In this document: positions 1 to 11,702 of the stretch, piece after piece | Position numbering within the stretch: the stretch's first letter is position 1 | Layout of the letters: each line of letters begins with the position of its first letter | DNA from: Candidatus Hadarchaeales archaeon | Lineage (GTDB): Archaea; Hadarchaeota; Hadarchaeia; Hadarchaeales; Hadarchaeaceae | Assembly (NCBI GenBank): GCA_038823825.1 | Contig: JAWBCC010000001.1 | Span: 270,001 to 302,000, forward strand | Length of the DNA: 32,000 nt | Direction: 5' to 3' | Program-made: the position numbers and the translations under genes | The notes under the pieces: model-generated | Told to the model about the DNA's origin: nothing | What the model saw: the letters and a program-made list of their open reading frames with translations, nothing else | The model's database searches: none

Positions 1-487
1 GAAAGAGCATTCTTCTCCTCAGTAGTCATCTCTGCATAAGTTTTGCCATTTATTTCGAAAATTGGATCAAATCCAAATCCGTGTGTTCCTCTCTCTTCAA
101 AGGCTATTTTACCTCTGACAGAAGCCTCAAAAGCAATAGGCTCCAGCCCAGGTGTGCAGAAACCCACTGCTGATCGAAACTCAGAAGTTCTATCTTCAAC
201 ACCGTTCATCAGCTTCAATATACCTTTGTTACCTATTGTGAGGAAAACGAATTTGGAATATGGGCCCGGAAAACCTTTTAGCGCATGTATGAACATTCCT
301 GCATCTTCTACGAAGCATGGTTCCTTGATTTTTTCGCAGGCCTCTTTAGCCCCGATTTTCACTATTTCGCTTAAATCATCGGATTGAATCTCGGTATAAG
401 ACATCCTCTTCCAATTTATTTTAACTCCGACCTCCTTCGCTATTATGTAAACTTCTTTGAACTTATGCTCATTTGTTGTGACAAAGT

Positions 488-497
<10 letters not shown>
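1..497 (-). CDS. Non-canonical purine NTP pyrophosphatase (Ham1/RdgB family), C-terminus cut by window edge
   Basis: Reverse frame reads (TTG)LALNFVTTNEHKFKEVYIIAKE...CFVEDAGMFIHALKGFPGPYSKF...[30 protein letters not shown], matching Ham1 motifs. TTG start at 495-497 overlaps the Bud32 stop. The track's + ORF at 43..387 is antisense to it. Confidence 0.85.
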
Positions 498-2160
<1,663 letters not shown>

Positions 2161-2210
2161 TTAACCCGTATCATGAGAACTTATTTACATTGGTGTATAA
2201 TTTGAGCTGT

Positions 2211-3605
2211 ATGCATGAAGAAATCCTGAGGAAAGTCCTTGAGAAGGTAAAACCGAGCAACCAAGATTTGACCAGAATGTTGTCCGCCGCACGTAAGCTG
2301 CAGGCGATTGCAGAGAAAAAAATGAAGCAACTCGGAATTGATGCAAAAGTCATGCTCGTTGGTTCTGCCGCAAGAGGGACTTGGTTGAAAGGGGAAAAGG
2401 ACATCGATCTTCTGCTTCTTTTCCCTGAGAAAATATCTGAAGAGGAGATGGAGTTTCTCGGAATGAAGCTTGCTAGAGAAATTGCTGGATCATCAGGGAA
2501 AGAGGAATACGCCGAGCATCCGTACGTTAGAGTGGTTTTTGAGGGATTTGAAGTCGATTTAGTCCCTTGCTTCGATATTTCTGATCCGACTAAGACAAAA
2601 AGCGCTCCGGATCGTACTCCGCACCACCAGCAATATATTAAAGAAAGAATCAAGGGAAAGCTCGCGGATGAAGTGCTTCTTCTCAAACAGTTTGCCATAG
2701 GGATCGGTATATACGGAGCAGAAGCAAAAGTGCAAGGATTTTCCGGATATCTTTGTGAACTTTTGATTCTTCACTACGGATCATTCATGGAACTTGTAAA
2801 AAACGCCTGCAACTGGTATCATGGCGTCGTCATCGACATTGAAAAATTTTACAGCGACAGACGTGATCTCTCAAAGCTATTTCCAAATCAACCTCTAATC
2901 GTGATAGACCCAGTAGATCCGAAACGAAATGTGGCTGCAGCGGTTTCTCACAGAAGTTTTAGCGTGTTTATTCAGGCTTGCAGAGATTTTCTGAAATCAC
3001 CGAGCTTGAATTTCTTCTTCCCGCGACCTCCAAGAAGATTAACTCAAAAAAGTCTGCGTGAAATCCTAAAGCAAAGGGAAACAAGATTCATAGTCCTTTA
3101 CATAAAGCATGATGGAATATCTGAGGAAGTTATGTATCCTCAGCTTAGAAAAACGGCCAAAGCCATTCATACTGGGCTTGTGCAAAGGGGATTTTCAGTG
3201 CTGCGTTATGCCGTATGGTCAGGTGACCGTCATGCTGCCATCGTAATGGAGACGTTTCCCAAGAAGTTACCAAATGTTGAGGCTAGAGTTGGTCCGCGCC
3301 CACCGATCGATTCATCTAAGTTTATCGAAACGTACATAAATTCCGAGCGAACAATTGTCGGTCCAACAGTAAATGAGTTTGGCAACATTGTTTTCGAGAT
3401 CGAAAGAAAATGGAGAGACCCGGTATCCGTTATAAAGGATCTGCTTCAGAAGCGTTTGGGTTTTGGCAAGGATGTCGCAGATCTCATAATGAAGGGAAAT
3501 TGCGAACTTCTGATCGATGCAGAGGCTTCCAAGCTCCTGCGAAATGAGGACGCCAGACTTTTCTTGTCTGAATATTTTGACGATCGTCTTCGCTGGTATA
3601 GATAA
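2211..3605 (+). CDS. cca: Archaeal (class I) CCA-adding tRNA nucleotidyltransferase
   Basis: MLVGSAARGTWLKGEKDIDLLLLFP and DLVPCFDI nucleotidyltransferase motifs. The track ORF starts at 2190 (GTG), but ATG 2211 (MHEEILRKVLEKVKPS) is the more natural start. Confidence 0.93.
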   Translation: MHEEILRKVLEKVKPSNQDLTRMLSAARKLQAIAEKKMKQLGIDAKVMLVGSAARGTWLKGEKDIDLLLLFPEKISEEEMEFLGMKLAREIAGSSGKEEYAEHPYVRVVFEGFEVDLVPCFDISDPTKTKSAPDRTPHHQQYIKERIKGKLADEVLLLKQFAIGIGIYGAEAKVQGFSGYLCELLILHYGSFMELVKNACNWYHGVVIDIEKFYSDRRDLSKLFPNQPLIVIDPVDPKRNVAAAVSHRSFSVFIQACRDFLKSPSLNFFFPRPPRRLTQKSLREILKQRETRFIVLYIKHDGISEEVMYPQLRKTAKAIHTGLVQRGFSVLRYAVWSGDRHAAIVMETFPKKLPNVEARVGPRPPIDSSKFIETYINSERTIVGPTVNEFGNIVFEIERKWRDPVSVIKDLLQKRLGFGKDVADLIMKGNCELLIDAEASKLLRNEDARLFLSEYFDDRLRWYR

Positions 3606-3620
3606 AAAAGTCTACACATT

Positions 3621-3630
3621 ATATTTTTAA
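3621..3630 (+). promoter_or_regulatory. Candidate archaeal TATA box for galT-like gene
   Basis: atatttttaa about 24-33 nt upstream of ATG 3654. Confidence 0.4.
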
Positions 3631-3653
3631 GTTGAGACATCTTCATAATATGG

Positions 3654-4691
3654 ATGACTGTGGAATTCAGGCGCGAAATAGAAAAAGCGACATTCCGCAG
3701 TCCACTTGAAGGATTTAATCTTGTGACGCAAGAGGTGGAGGTTCGTGTAGATCCGCTTACCGGAAGAAAATCGCGTTTAAACATCCAAAGAGCCCGTCGG
3801 CCAAAACATGTCAAATGCTCTCCAGAATACGAGCAAATAATTGAAAGCTCTAGAAAAGGCTGCTTTTTCTGTCCCGAGAACATAGAAAACACAACTCCAA
3901 AGTTTCCATCTCCACTTCCGGATCGGATATGGGTTGGAGAAGCATGTGTTTTACCGAATCTCTTCCCATTTGCAGCCCATCATGCCGTAGCAGTGATATC
4001 TCGAGAGCATCACATAGAGATGTCTTCTTTTTCTCCAGTTCTTTTGCGCGATTGTATGAAAGCATCGCTCGAATATTTCAGACGGATATTCGAACTCGAC
4101 AATTCAGCCAAAATATGGAACATCAGCTGGAACTACATGCCCCCAGCCGCTGCTAGTCTCATTCATCCTCATTTTCAGCTTGTAGCATGTAGGGAACCGA
4201 CTTTCTTCCTTCATACCATGCTTCAAAAAAGCAGAGAATTTGAGGAACGCGCGGGGAAGAATTACTGGAGCGAGCTGATAGAAGTAGAGCAAAAACTTAA
4301 TGAACGATATATTGGGAGAAAAGGAAATGTTCACTGGATAGCAGCATTCTCTCCAATTGGCAACAAGGAAATCATAGCGGTTTTTGAGGGAAGTTCTTCA
4401 TTAAGTGATTTGAATGACCAGCAGATTTCCGATTTCTGCGAAGGGCTCTCAGCTATTCTTCGTGGTTACTGTGAAATTGGTGTCAGAAGCTTTAATATGG
4501 GAACCTTTTCTGCACCAGTTGGTGAAAACTGGAGTAACTGTTATTGGCTTAATATAAGGCTCGTTGCGAGACCAACACCGGCGTCTCTTTATGCCGGCGA
4601 CATAGGTTTTATGGAACTCTTCCAGCTTGAGCCAGTGATAGACACGATGCCGGAAGATCTTGCTTCCTTTTTGAAGAACTATCTACGCTGA
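3654..4691 (+). CDS. Galactose-1-phosphate uridylyltransferase-like protein (HIT superfamily)
   Basis: CFFCPENIENTTPKFP...LFPFAAHHAVAVISREHH...SLIHPHFQLVA; the HPHFQ segment matches the GalT catalytic HPH motif. Confidence 0.82.
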   Translation: MTVEFRREIEKATFRSPLEGFNLVTQEVEVRVDPLTGRKSRLNIQRARRPKHVKCSPEYEQIIESSRKGCFFCPENIENTTPKFPSPLPDRIWVGEACVLPNLFPFAAHHAVAVISREHHIEMSSFSPVLLRDCMKASLEYFRRIFELDNSAKIWNISWNYMPPAAASLIHPHFQLVACREPTFFLHTMLQKSREFEERAGKNYWSELIEVEQKLNERYIGRKGNVHWIAAFSPIGNKEIIAVFEGSSSLSDLNDQQISDFCEGLSAILRGYCEIGVRSFNMGTFSAPVGENWSNCYWLNIRLVARPTPASLYAGDIGFMELFQLEPVIDTMPEDLASFLKNYLR

Positions 4692-5371
4692 AGATTTCTG
4701 AACATAAGAAATCCAAGACACAAGCCGACAATACATAGAAGGATGACAATTATTGGCACATAGTTTACTCCGGGTTTCGCTATAATGTTAAGGGTTACGA
4801 AAGGAGCAGTTTCTCCAATGATCTGGATACCCCCCGCCTGGCCGGTCCAAGGATGTATGGGAAAAACCAACAAATACTTATCTGAAGGAGCCTCTTTGCT
4901 CACTATTATCACCACTTTCACCATTCTGGCAGGGTAGAACTTATTTTCCCCTAAAATCTTGACATATGTGTCAACATATTCTGACCATTCTTCTCTTGGA
5001 GGCACCTCTACTACTGGTTGACCCGGTGTCGTGAACACAGCTATCACATCTTTTTCACTAATGGGGGCTTGATCATCTCTAGCAGAGTTTTCCGGATCTA
5101 TCAAAACCGAGAAATGTTTTGGTTCAATAATTTTGTTGTCTTGGTAAACCTCAGATCTGATAACTGCCCAGCAGTTCTCGTCCGAGACCTCCGCATTGTT
5201 GACGATATAAAGATAGACAGTTGCGTTTTCTCCAGCTTTCAAGTTCAAATTTTTATAAAAGCTAGGAAAGTCGGCTAAAATGGCTGCCTTAGCCGAGACT
5301 TGGGGAGGAAACATTATTAAAAAAATAAAAATAACCAGACCGCCGAGTGTTCGAGCTCGGTGGTCTGGCAT
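4679..5371 (-). CDS. Exported protein with C-terminal transmembrane anchor, unknown function
   Basis: 230 aa; N-terminal LGGLVIFIFLIMFPPQVSA signal-like segment, beta-rich ectodomain, C-terminal YVPIIVILLCIVGLCLGFLMFRNLQRR helix plus basic tail. Convergent 13-nt overlap with galT. Confidence 0.6.
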   Translation of the reverse strand: MPDHRARTLGGLVIFIFLIMFPPQVSAKAAILADFPSFYKNLNLKAGENATVYLYIVNNAEVSDENCWAVIRSEVYQDNKIIEPKHFSVLIDPENSARDDQAPISEKDVIAVFTTPGQPVVEVPPREEWSEYVDTYVKILGENKFYPARMVKVVIIVSKEAPSDKYLLVFPIHPWTGQAGGIQIIGETAPFVTLNIIAKPGVNYVPIIVILLCIVGLCLGFLMFRNLQRR

Positions 5372-5387
5372 CTCTCTCCCTCCAGCC

Positions 5388-6620
5388 TTACGGAGCGGGT
5401 AGGCTATTGTCTTGAACTCTCACCCATACAGTCCCCGTGAAGTTGACCGTTGTTGGAACGTTCAGTGCTGGTACCTTTATTCTGAAGTTTTCCCTGATCG
5501 TGTGCTGCTGATTTGCTGCTAGGTCTCCTCTCAGCAATGCGTAGGTTTTTGTCAATGCAACCCAGGATCCGCCCTCGAATGGTCTGTGCTCGATATTATC
5601 AACTCCGATTGTCCAGCCTCCACCAGTTAGATCAGTTCCTTTTATGTAGACATCCACTCCGGAAACATTTTCACTGTTAACAACGACAGTGAAAGGATTC
5701 GTCAATGCTTCCTTGGTTTCTCCTGCAGTAACGCTGCCAAAGTTGATGTTATCGCTTATAGATACTATCTGCACGTAACCGATGCCTGGGCTTAAAGTAA
5801 CGTACATTGGTTTGCTAGTTTCCGCGATCAGACCGGTCCCGTAAGTTGCATTTCCGCTGGAATCAAAGTTTACATCGAAATAATAATCTATGACATTGTC
5901 TGATACCTCGCCCCACGTGTTTCCACTCACCGTTGTAATGACATCCAAAGCGTCAGATATGCTTCCTCCGCCGATGTCAACGGGGAATCCACTACCGTTG
6001 TCAGCGCATATCATCACCGTGAATCTGAGAGTAGCCGGTAGGCTTACGCCCAAGGCACTCCATGGCATCGAGATTTCAACGGTCTTATTTGTAGCGCTGA
6101 AATAAGAAGCTCCGGCGGTGGTATACTGCCACGATGTGTTATAATATCCAGTAGTAGCCACTGATGCCTTTATAACTCTCTCCCATCTTGCATTCGCGTT
6201 CACAAGTGTTGTTGTGAAATCTGGGAACCATTCATTTCCAGCACTGTTTAGAGTGGTGTCGACGGCAATATAGACGAGCACTCTCCATGCATCTGTCATA
6301 TTTGTAAAGCGCAGAAGGAAATAGATATTTTCCGTATCTCCCGTTACCCTGAATTCGCTCATGTCACAGTTTTCATGACCCTCAACATCTGTTCGTTGGT
6401 CTCCTGTGTTGTCCTTCCATATCCACTCTCCATTTTCGACTGTGTACGTGTTTACTGCGGCAGGCGGTGTTCCAATCCAGTCGTTTGGATTTCCATCGAC
6501 GGTTCTTGTCCCAGCGAAGCTAGCAGGTGCTAAAAGCACTCCAAGAGAAACTGCGAAGACGAGGAGAACTGCGACAGTCCCGCTCAAGTGGCGTATGGTT
6601 TTGCTCATGCTCTTTCTCAC
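5388..6620 (-). CDS. Secreted beta-rich protein with CBM9/DOMON-like N-terminal domain (tentative)
   Basis: 410 aa; signal peptide (LSGTVAVLLVFAVSLGVLLAPASFA), then VDGNPNDWIG...YFLLRFTNMTDAWRVLVYIAVDTTLNSAGNEWFPD, typical of exported carbohydrate-associated modules. Confidence 0.5.
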   Translation of the reverse strand: MRKSMSKTIRHLSGTVAVLLVFAVSLGVLLAPASFAGTRTVDGNPNDWIGTPPAAVNTYTVENGEWIWKDNTGDQRTDVEGHENCDMSEFRVTGDTENIYFLLRFTNMTDAWRVLVYIAVDTTLNSAGNEWFPDFTTTLVNANARWERVIKASVATTGYYNTSWQYTTAGASYFSATNKTVEISMPWSALGVSLPATLRFTVMICADNGSGFPVDIGGGSISDALDVITTVSGNTWGEVSDNVIDYYFDVNFDSSGNATYGTGLIAETSKPMYVTLSPGIGYVQIVSISDNINFGSVTAGETKEALTNPFTVVVNSENVSGVDVYIKGTDLTGGGWTIGVDNIEHRPFEGGSWVALTKTYALLRGDLAANQQHTIRENFRIKVPALNVPTTVNFTGTVWVRVQDNSLPAP

Positions 6621-6674
6621 CTCCCACTTTGTCTTTTTTAGCTTTTATAAAACTCTAGGTTTTGATGGGAAAGA

Positions 6675-6682
6675 TTTAAATA
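6675..6682 (+). promoter_or_regulatory. Candidate TATA box for glycosyltransferase gene
   Basis: tttaaata about 31-38 nt upstream of ATG 6713, consistent with a short leader. Confidence 0.4.
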
Positions 6683-6712
6683 CCATGAAATCTTCAACCG
6701 ATAAGGTGAAAC

Positions 6713-7966
6713 ATGAACATCCTATATTTCTCCTTTGAATTTCCACCCTATTTCGTGGGTGGTCTTGGAACTTACGCGTATGAGATGAGTCGAAGATTTG
6801 CCAGGTTTGGTCATAGCGTGACGCTTTTCGCAATGAATCCAGGAGATGCCGTCACTACCGATCTGGTTGAGGGTGTTGAAGTTCACAGACCACTTCTCGC
6901 AGATGCCACAGATCTTCTCCCTTGCATAGTTCCAGAGGACATAAAATACTGGCCTCCAAAATCGCAGCGCTATTTTGCCGATGTTTTGATGTATAACATT
7001 CTCTCTGCAACCAAGGCTGTAAATCTTTTGGTCGGCAAGAACAACAGAAAGTTCGATCTAATCGTTTCACATGATTGGCTCGGCTGCATGGCAGGTATAC
7101 TTTGTAAAAGGATGCTTCAGTTGCCATTTATTCTTCATTTACATTCAATTGAAGAAGGCAGGAGTGGCGATGGTTCAGTGACTATAAAATCGCTGGAAAA
7201 GCAAGCCGGAAAAATTGCGGATAGAATAGTCACAGTAAGTTACGCTATGAGAGACCAGTTGGTTTCTCTTGGATACCCGGAAGCCAAGATAAGAGTAGTC
7301 TATAACGGAATCGACGAGCAGAAATATGATCCAGCGAGAGTTCCAGAAGAAAAAGTCAAGGAATTCAGAGAATCTCTTGGAATAGGCAATGATCCGCTCA
7401 TATTTTTCGTTGGACGACTGGTTTGGATAAAAGGTGCAGACACACTTGTGAGAGCGATGCCAATGATTCTTCAAGAAGTCCCAAACGCGAAACTCTTGAT
7501 CCTTGGAAAGGGAGACCAAGAGGAAATGATAAGAGAAATGGTTGAACACATGGGAATACAAAAGAGCGTCATTCTTGAGTACAAGTATGTCAAAGAGGAG
7601 GATAGAATTCTGAGATACGCAGCATGTGATGTTGCAGTGTTTCCATCAAAATATGAGCCCTTCGGTCTAGTCTGTACGGAGGCAATGTCAATGGGTAAAC
7701 CAGTGGTCGTAGGTGCAAGGGGGGTCTCGGGCATGCGTGAGCAGGTAATTCCTTGGGGACCTGACAGGTGTGGAGCACACATAAATCCGGATGATCCAAG
7801 TGACATAGCAAAGTTTGTTGTTGAAATCTTGAAGGATGACGGTCTGAGAAGACAAATGGGTAAAAATGCAAGAAAAAGAGTACTCGAGAAATTCACGATT
7901 CAGAAAGTTGCCGAAGAAACGATTAAAGTTTATGAGGAGACAGTGCAGGAATTTTCACGCCGTTAG
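6713..7966 (+). CDS. Glycogen synthase-like glycosyltransferase (GT4/GT5, GT-B fold)
   Basis: MNILYFSFEFPPYFVGGLGTYAYEMSRRF, FFVGRLVWIKGADTLVRAMP, FPSKYEPFGLVCTEAMSMGKPVVVG. Confidence 0.85.
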   Translation: MNILYFSFEFPPYFVGGLGTYAYEMSRRFARFGHSVTLFAMNPGDAVTTDLVEGVEVHRPLLADATDLLPCIVPEDIKYWPPKSQRYFADVLMYNILSATKAVNLLVGKNNRKFDLIVSHDWLGCMAGILCKRMLQLPFILHLHSIEEGRSGDGSVTIKSLEKQAGKIADRIVTVSYAMRDQLVSLGYPEAKIRVVYNGIDEQKYDPARVPEEKVKEFRESLGIGNDPLIFFVGRLVWIKGADTLVRAMPMILQEVPNAKLLILGKGDQEEMIREMVEHMGIQKSVILEYKYVKEEDRILRYAACDVAVFPSKYEPFGLVCTEAMSMGKPVVVGARGVSGMREQVIPWGPDRCGAHINPDDPSDIAKFVVEILKDDGLRRQMGKNARKRVLEKFTIQKVAEETIKVYEETVQEFSRR

Positions 7967-7999
7967 GCTACATTTAAGTTAGCCTGCGTTTAAATTTTC

Positions 8000-9328
8000 T
8001 TGATGACTGGATATCGCGGTTTGGTTGCAGATTTTTTGAAAAAAGCGGGGGCAGCCGTTGGGGACAAGATTAGGATCGAAACCGACAAAGGGATTTTTGA
8101 AGGTCTTTTGATGCCCAGAACAGAACTGGCGGATGAAAAGCATTTGGTAGTGAAGTTGCAGAGCGGTTATAATATTGGCATTCGCGTTGAATCCATCAAA
8201 AAACTTGAAGTTCTTGAGAAAGGAAGCCCCCCGAAAATTCTGCTAGCACCTCCACCTTCGGCTCCTAAAGAAAAACCAAGAGTTGCGATTGTGGGGACTG
8301 GGGGGACGATAGCCAGCAGAGTTGATTATAGAACGGGAGCCGTTTTTCCAGCTTTAACTGCTGGGGAGCTTTATAGCATCGTTCCAGAACTCGCCGAACT
8401 AGCAAGCATAGAAGTTGTTGAAGTGTGCAGAGTTTTCAGCGAGCACATGAGACCCGATATCTGGGTAAAGATAGGAAAGGAGGTTGCCCACCAGATAAAC
8501 AAAGGAGCCAGAGGTGTGGTAGTTACTCACGGCACAGACACGATGGGATATACCGCAGCTGCTTTGAGTTTCATGCTTAAAGGTCTCTTTAGGCCAGTAG
8601 TTCTCGTTGGTGCGCAACGATCTTCCGATCGACCAAGCAGTGATGCTTTTCTGAATTTGATTTCCGCGGTAGCATTTGCTGTAAAGTCCGACGTGGCGGA
8701 AGTTACCGTGGTTATGCACGGTTCAATGTCTGATGATTTTTGTTTGGCTCACAGGGGTACAAAGGTTAGAAAATGTCATACCAGTAGGCGTGATGCTTTC
8801 GTCAGCGTTAATCAGAAACCATTGGCTTTGATCAAAGATGGAGAGGTAAAAATAATTGAGGAAAACTATCGCAGAGCGAGTGAAAAAGGGAGGGTCAGGG
8901 TGGACGGTAAATTTGATCCAAAGGTAATACTTCTCAAGGCCACGCCGGGTCTTCGTTCTGAAGTGTTGGAAGCAATTGTGAATCTTGGATATCGTGGGAT
9001 TGTGATTGAAGGAACAGGTTTGGGGCACGTGCCTGAGACGATGTTCGATGGAATAAAAGATGCCATAAGTCGGGGTGTTCCAGTCGTAATGACTTCCCAG
9101 TGTATATGGGGAAGAGTAAACATGCGAGTCTATTCAACGGGCAGGGATCTGCTAAATCTGGGCATAATTCCCGCAGAAGATATGCTCCCAGAAACAGCCT
9201 TCGTGAAGCTCATGTATGTTCTCGGCCATACGAAAAATATGAGAAAAATCCACGAAATGATGCTTACAAACATGGCTGGGGAGATATCTGAAAGATCGCC
9301 GTCTGTCGAGTTTTGGGAGGGAAGGTGA
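8000..9328 (+). CDS. gatD: Glu-tRNA(Gln) amidotransferase subunit D
   Basis: 442 aa; N-terminal GatD domain plus L-asparaginase core (VGTGGTIASRVDYRTGAV, VVTHGTDTMGYTA, GTGLGHVPE). Confidence 0.95.
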   Translation: MMTGYRGLVADFLKKAGAAVGDKIRIETDKGIFEGLLMPRTELADEKHLVVKLQSGYNIGIRVESIKKLEVLEKGSPPKILLAPPPSAPKEKPRVAIVGTGGTIASRVDYRTGAVFPALTAGELYSIVPELAELASIEVVEVCRVFSEHMRPDIWVKIGKEVAHQINKGARGVVVTHGTDTMGYTAAALSFMLKGLFRPVVLVGAQRSSDRPSSDAFLNLISAVAFAVKSDVAEVTVVMHGSMSDDFCLAHRGTKVRKCHTSRRDAFVSVNQKPLALIKDGEVKIIEENYRRASEKGRVRVDGKFDPKVILLKATPGLRSEVLEAIVNLGYRGIVIEGTGLGHVPETMFDGIKDAISRGVPVVMTSQCIWGRVNMRVYSTGRDLLNLGIIPAEDMLPETAFVKLMYVLGHTKNMRKIHEMMLTNMAGEISERSPSVEFWEGR

Positions 9329-11226
9329 TGATAATAGATTATGGCGCAATCGGTCTGAAAGTGGGGCTCGAAATTCATCAAGAACTCGCAACTAAAAAAC
9401 TGTTTTGTGCGTGTCCTACCCTGCTTTCAGACAAAACGCCGGAAGGCACGGTAATAAGAAGACTCCGACCGACACAGAGCGAGTTAGGCGAGTTCGACAG
9501 GGCGGCGCTTGCTGAAGCCATCAAGGGGAAAGGCTTCAAATATCAAATGGATTCGGACACAACTTGTTTAGTGGAACTGGACGAGGAGCCGCCACATTCA
9601 GTTCGTGATGACGTTATAGATGCAGCTCTCGAAATAAGTCTATTACTCAACGCGAAGCCCGTAGATGAAGTTCATGTGATGAGAAAAGTGGTAATAGACG
9701 GAAGCAACACCTCTGGATTTCAGCGCACAATGTTAATTGCGATGGATGGATGGATAGAAGTAGAAGGAAAAAGATACAAAATCACGACCGTTTGCTTGGA
9801 AGAGGATGCCGCGAGAAAGGTGGGAGAAACAGAGGAATATATAGAATATCGTCTTGACAGGTTAGGAATCCCGCTAGTGGAGATAGCGACCGCGGCAGAA
9901 TTTTCAGATCCAGAGACACCGGCGAAGGTTGCTTTTTATATCGGTCAGCTCTGCAGGATGACTAGCAAGGTAAAATGGGGGTTAGGAGCAACTAGGCAAG
10001 ATATAAATATATCGATTTCTGGTGGAGCGAGACAGGAGATAAAAGGCATTCAAGAACTTTCACTGATTCCGAAGGTGATCGAATTTGAAGCCGCTAGGCA
10101 ACTTGGTCTGCTGAAGCTTAAAGATGAGCTGAACAGGCGTGGAGTCAAGGAGAACCCCTGTGAGATTCGCAAAGTCACACACATCTTCGAAAATACGGCT
10201 TGTAGAATGATAAAGAAAGCTATTGAAAGCGGTGCAGACGTTTTTGCCGTAAAGCTAGCTGGGTTTGCCGGTCTATTGGGAATGGAACTTTGTCCGGGAA
10301 GAAGATTTGGAATGGAGCTTGCAGATCGGGCGAGAGTTTTCGGCAAAGTTGGAGGAATCTTCCATACCGATGAACTTCCTAATTATGGAATCTCGGATGA
10401 GGAAGTTTCAAAGTTAAAGAATGAGATGGGTGCCTCCGAAAATGATGTTGTAGTTTTAACGGTGGCTAAACCCAAAGATGCGGAGAATGCGTTAAGAGCA
10501 GTAGTCGAAAGGGCCAATATGGCGATCGTTGGAGTTCCGGAAGAAACGAGAAGAGCTCTTTCTGATGGAACCACCGAGTTTATGCGTCCACTGCCTGGAG
10601 CAGCCAGAATGTATCCGGAAACCGATATACCACCGATTCCCATAGACAAGAGAAGGATTGCCAAAATAAAGAAAAAACTTCCTGAACGTCCTGAACAAAA
10701 GATCGAAAGGTTTATGAAGTCATACAAATTGAGTCGTGAACTTGCGGAGCAGATGGTTTTTTATGGAGATTTCCGACTTTTTGAAGATCTTTTAAAAAGA
10801 ACCAAGGCGGATCCAACCCTTGTAGCGACTCTTTTGACGCAAACTCTGACAAGTCTGAGGAGGGAAGGTGTTCAAGTCGAGAGAATAAGAGTGGAGGACA
10901 TCGCTGAAATTTTGATTCTTGTTAGAAAGAAAAAAATTGCGAAAGAAGGAATCTCAGAAATTCTTAGGGAAATTTCTTCCGGGATTTCGGTAAAAGAAGC
11001 GATTGATAAGCTTAATTTGTGGTCGATAAGTGAGCGGGATTTGTGCGAGTTTGTCCGAAAAGTAGTGTGTGAGAAAAAATCTTTCATTTTGGAAAGAAGA
11101 GAGGCTGCTCTCCAGCCTCTGATGGGAATCCTAATGCAAAGTTTGCGTGGACGTGTTGATGGGGAAACGGTTCATAAATTGCTTGAGAAGGAAATTAGAA
11201 AGGTTCTTAGGGAGGAAGCCAAGTGA
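9328..11226 (+). CDS. gatE: Glu-tRNA(Gln) amidotransferase subunit E
   Basis: IGLKVGLEIHQELATKKLFCACP; GatB/E family plus AspRS-like insert and YqeY-like tail. Likely ATG at 9328 after GGGAGGGAAGGTG, overlapping the gatD TGA (track start 9313 is TTG). Confidence 0.94.
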   Translation: MIIDYGAIGLKVGLEIHQELATKKLFCACPTLLSDKTPEGTVIRRLRPTQSELGEFDRAALAEAIKGKGFKYQMDSDTTCLVELDEEPPHSVRDDVIDAALEISLLLNAKPVDEVHVMRKVVIDGSNTSGFQRTMLIAMDGWIEVEGKRYKITTVCLEEDAARKVGETEEYIEYRLDRLGIPLVEIATAAEFSDPETPAKVAFYIGQLCRMTSKVKWGLGATRQDINISISGGARQEIKGIQELSLIPKVIEFEAARQLGLLKLKDELNRRGVKENPCEIRKVTHIFENTACRMIKKAIESGADVFAVKLAGFAGLLGMELCPGRRFGMELADRARVFGKVGGIFHTDELPNYGISDEEVSKLKNEMGASENDVVVLTVAKPKDAENALRAVVERANMAIVGVPEETRRALSDGTTEFMRPLPGAARMYPETDIPPIPIDKRRIAKIKKKLPERPEQKIERFMKSYKLSRELAEQMVFYGDFRLFEDLLKRTKADPTLVATLLTQTLTSLRREGVQVERIRVEDIAEILILVRKKKIAKEGISEILREISSGISVKEAIDKLNLWSISERDLCEFVRKVVCEKKSFILERREAALQPLMGILMQSLRGRVDGETVHKLLEKEIRKVLREEAK

Positions 11227-11648
11227 AGAGGTTTGATTGGATTGAACATCCGAGCGATGTTGGATTCCGTGCTTATGGGCGAACTCTCTCAGAAGCTTTT
11301 GAAAACGCTGCAATTGCGCTTTTCGAGATAATGGTTGACACATCCACTGTGCGGCCTGAAATCGAGAAATCGATAGTATTGAGGTCGGAGGATCCGGAGT
11401 CCCTCTTGTATGACTGGCTAGATAGATTGATAGCGTTACACGACAGTGAGCAACTAGTTTTTTCGAAGTTTGAGGTGAACATTGCACAGATTTCCGAGGG
11501 CTTTCTCCTAAATGCGAAAGCTTGGGGGGAGAAATTCGATCCAAGCAGACATGAGGGACGCACAGCCGTCAAGGCAATGACGTATCACATGATGGAAATA
11601 AAAAAGAAAAATGACGAGTGGCTGGTTCAGGCTGTGGTAGATATCTGA
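11223..11648 (+). CDS. Archease (RtcB cofactor)
   Basis: FDWIEHPSDVGFRAYGRTLSEAFENAAIALFEIMVDTSTV...KAMTYHMMEI; GTG start overlapping gatE stop. Confidence 0.92.
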   Translation: MKRFDWIEHPSDVGFRAYGRTLSEAFENAAIALFEIMVDTSTVRPEIEKSIVLRSEDPESLLYDWLDRLIALHDSEQLVFSKFEVNIAQISEGFLLNAKAWGEKFDPSRHEGRTAVKAMTYHMMEIKKKNDEWLVQAVVDI

Positions 11649-11702
11649 AAAAACAAAAAGATAATATTCCCTCTCCTTGATAATTATCTTTGGTGACTTT
11701 TT

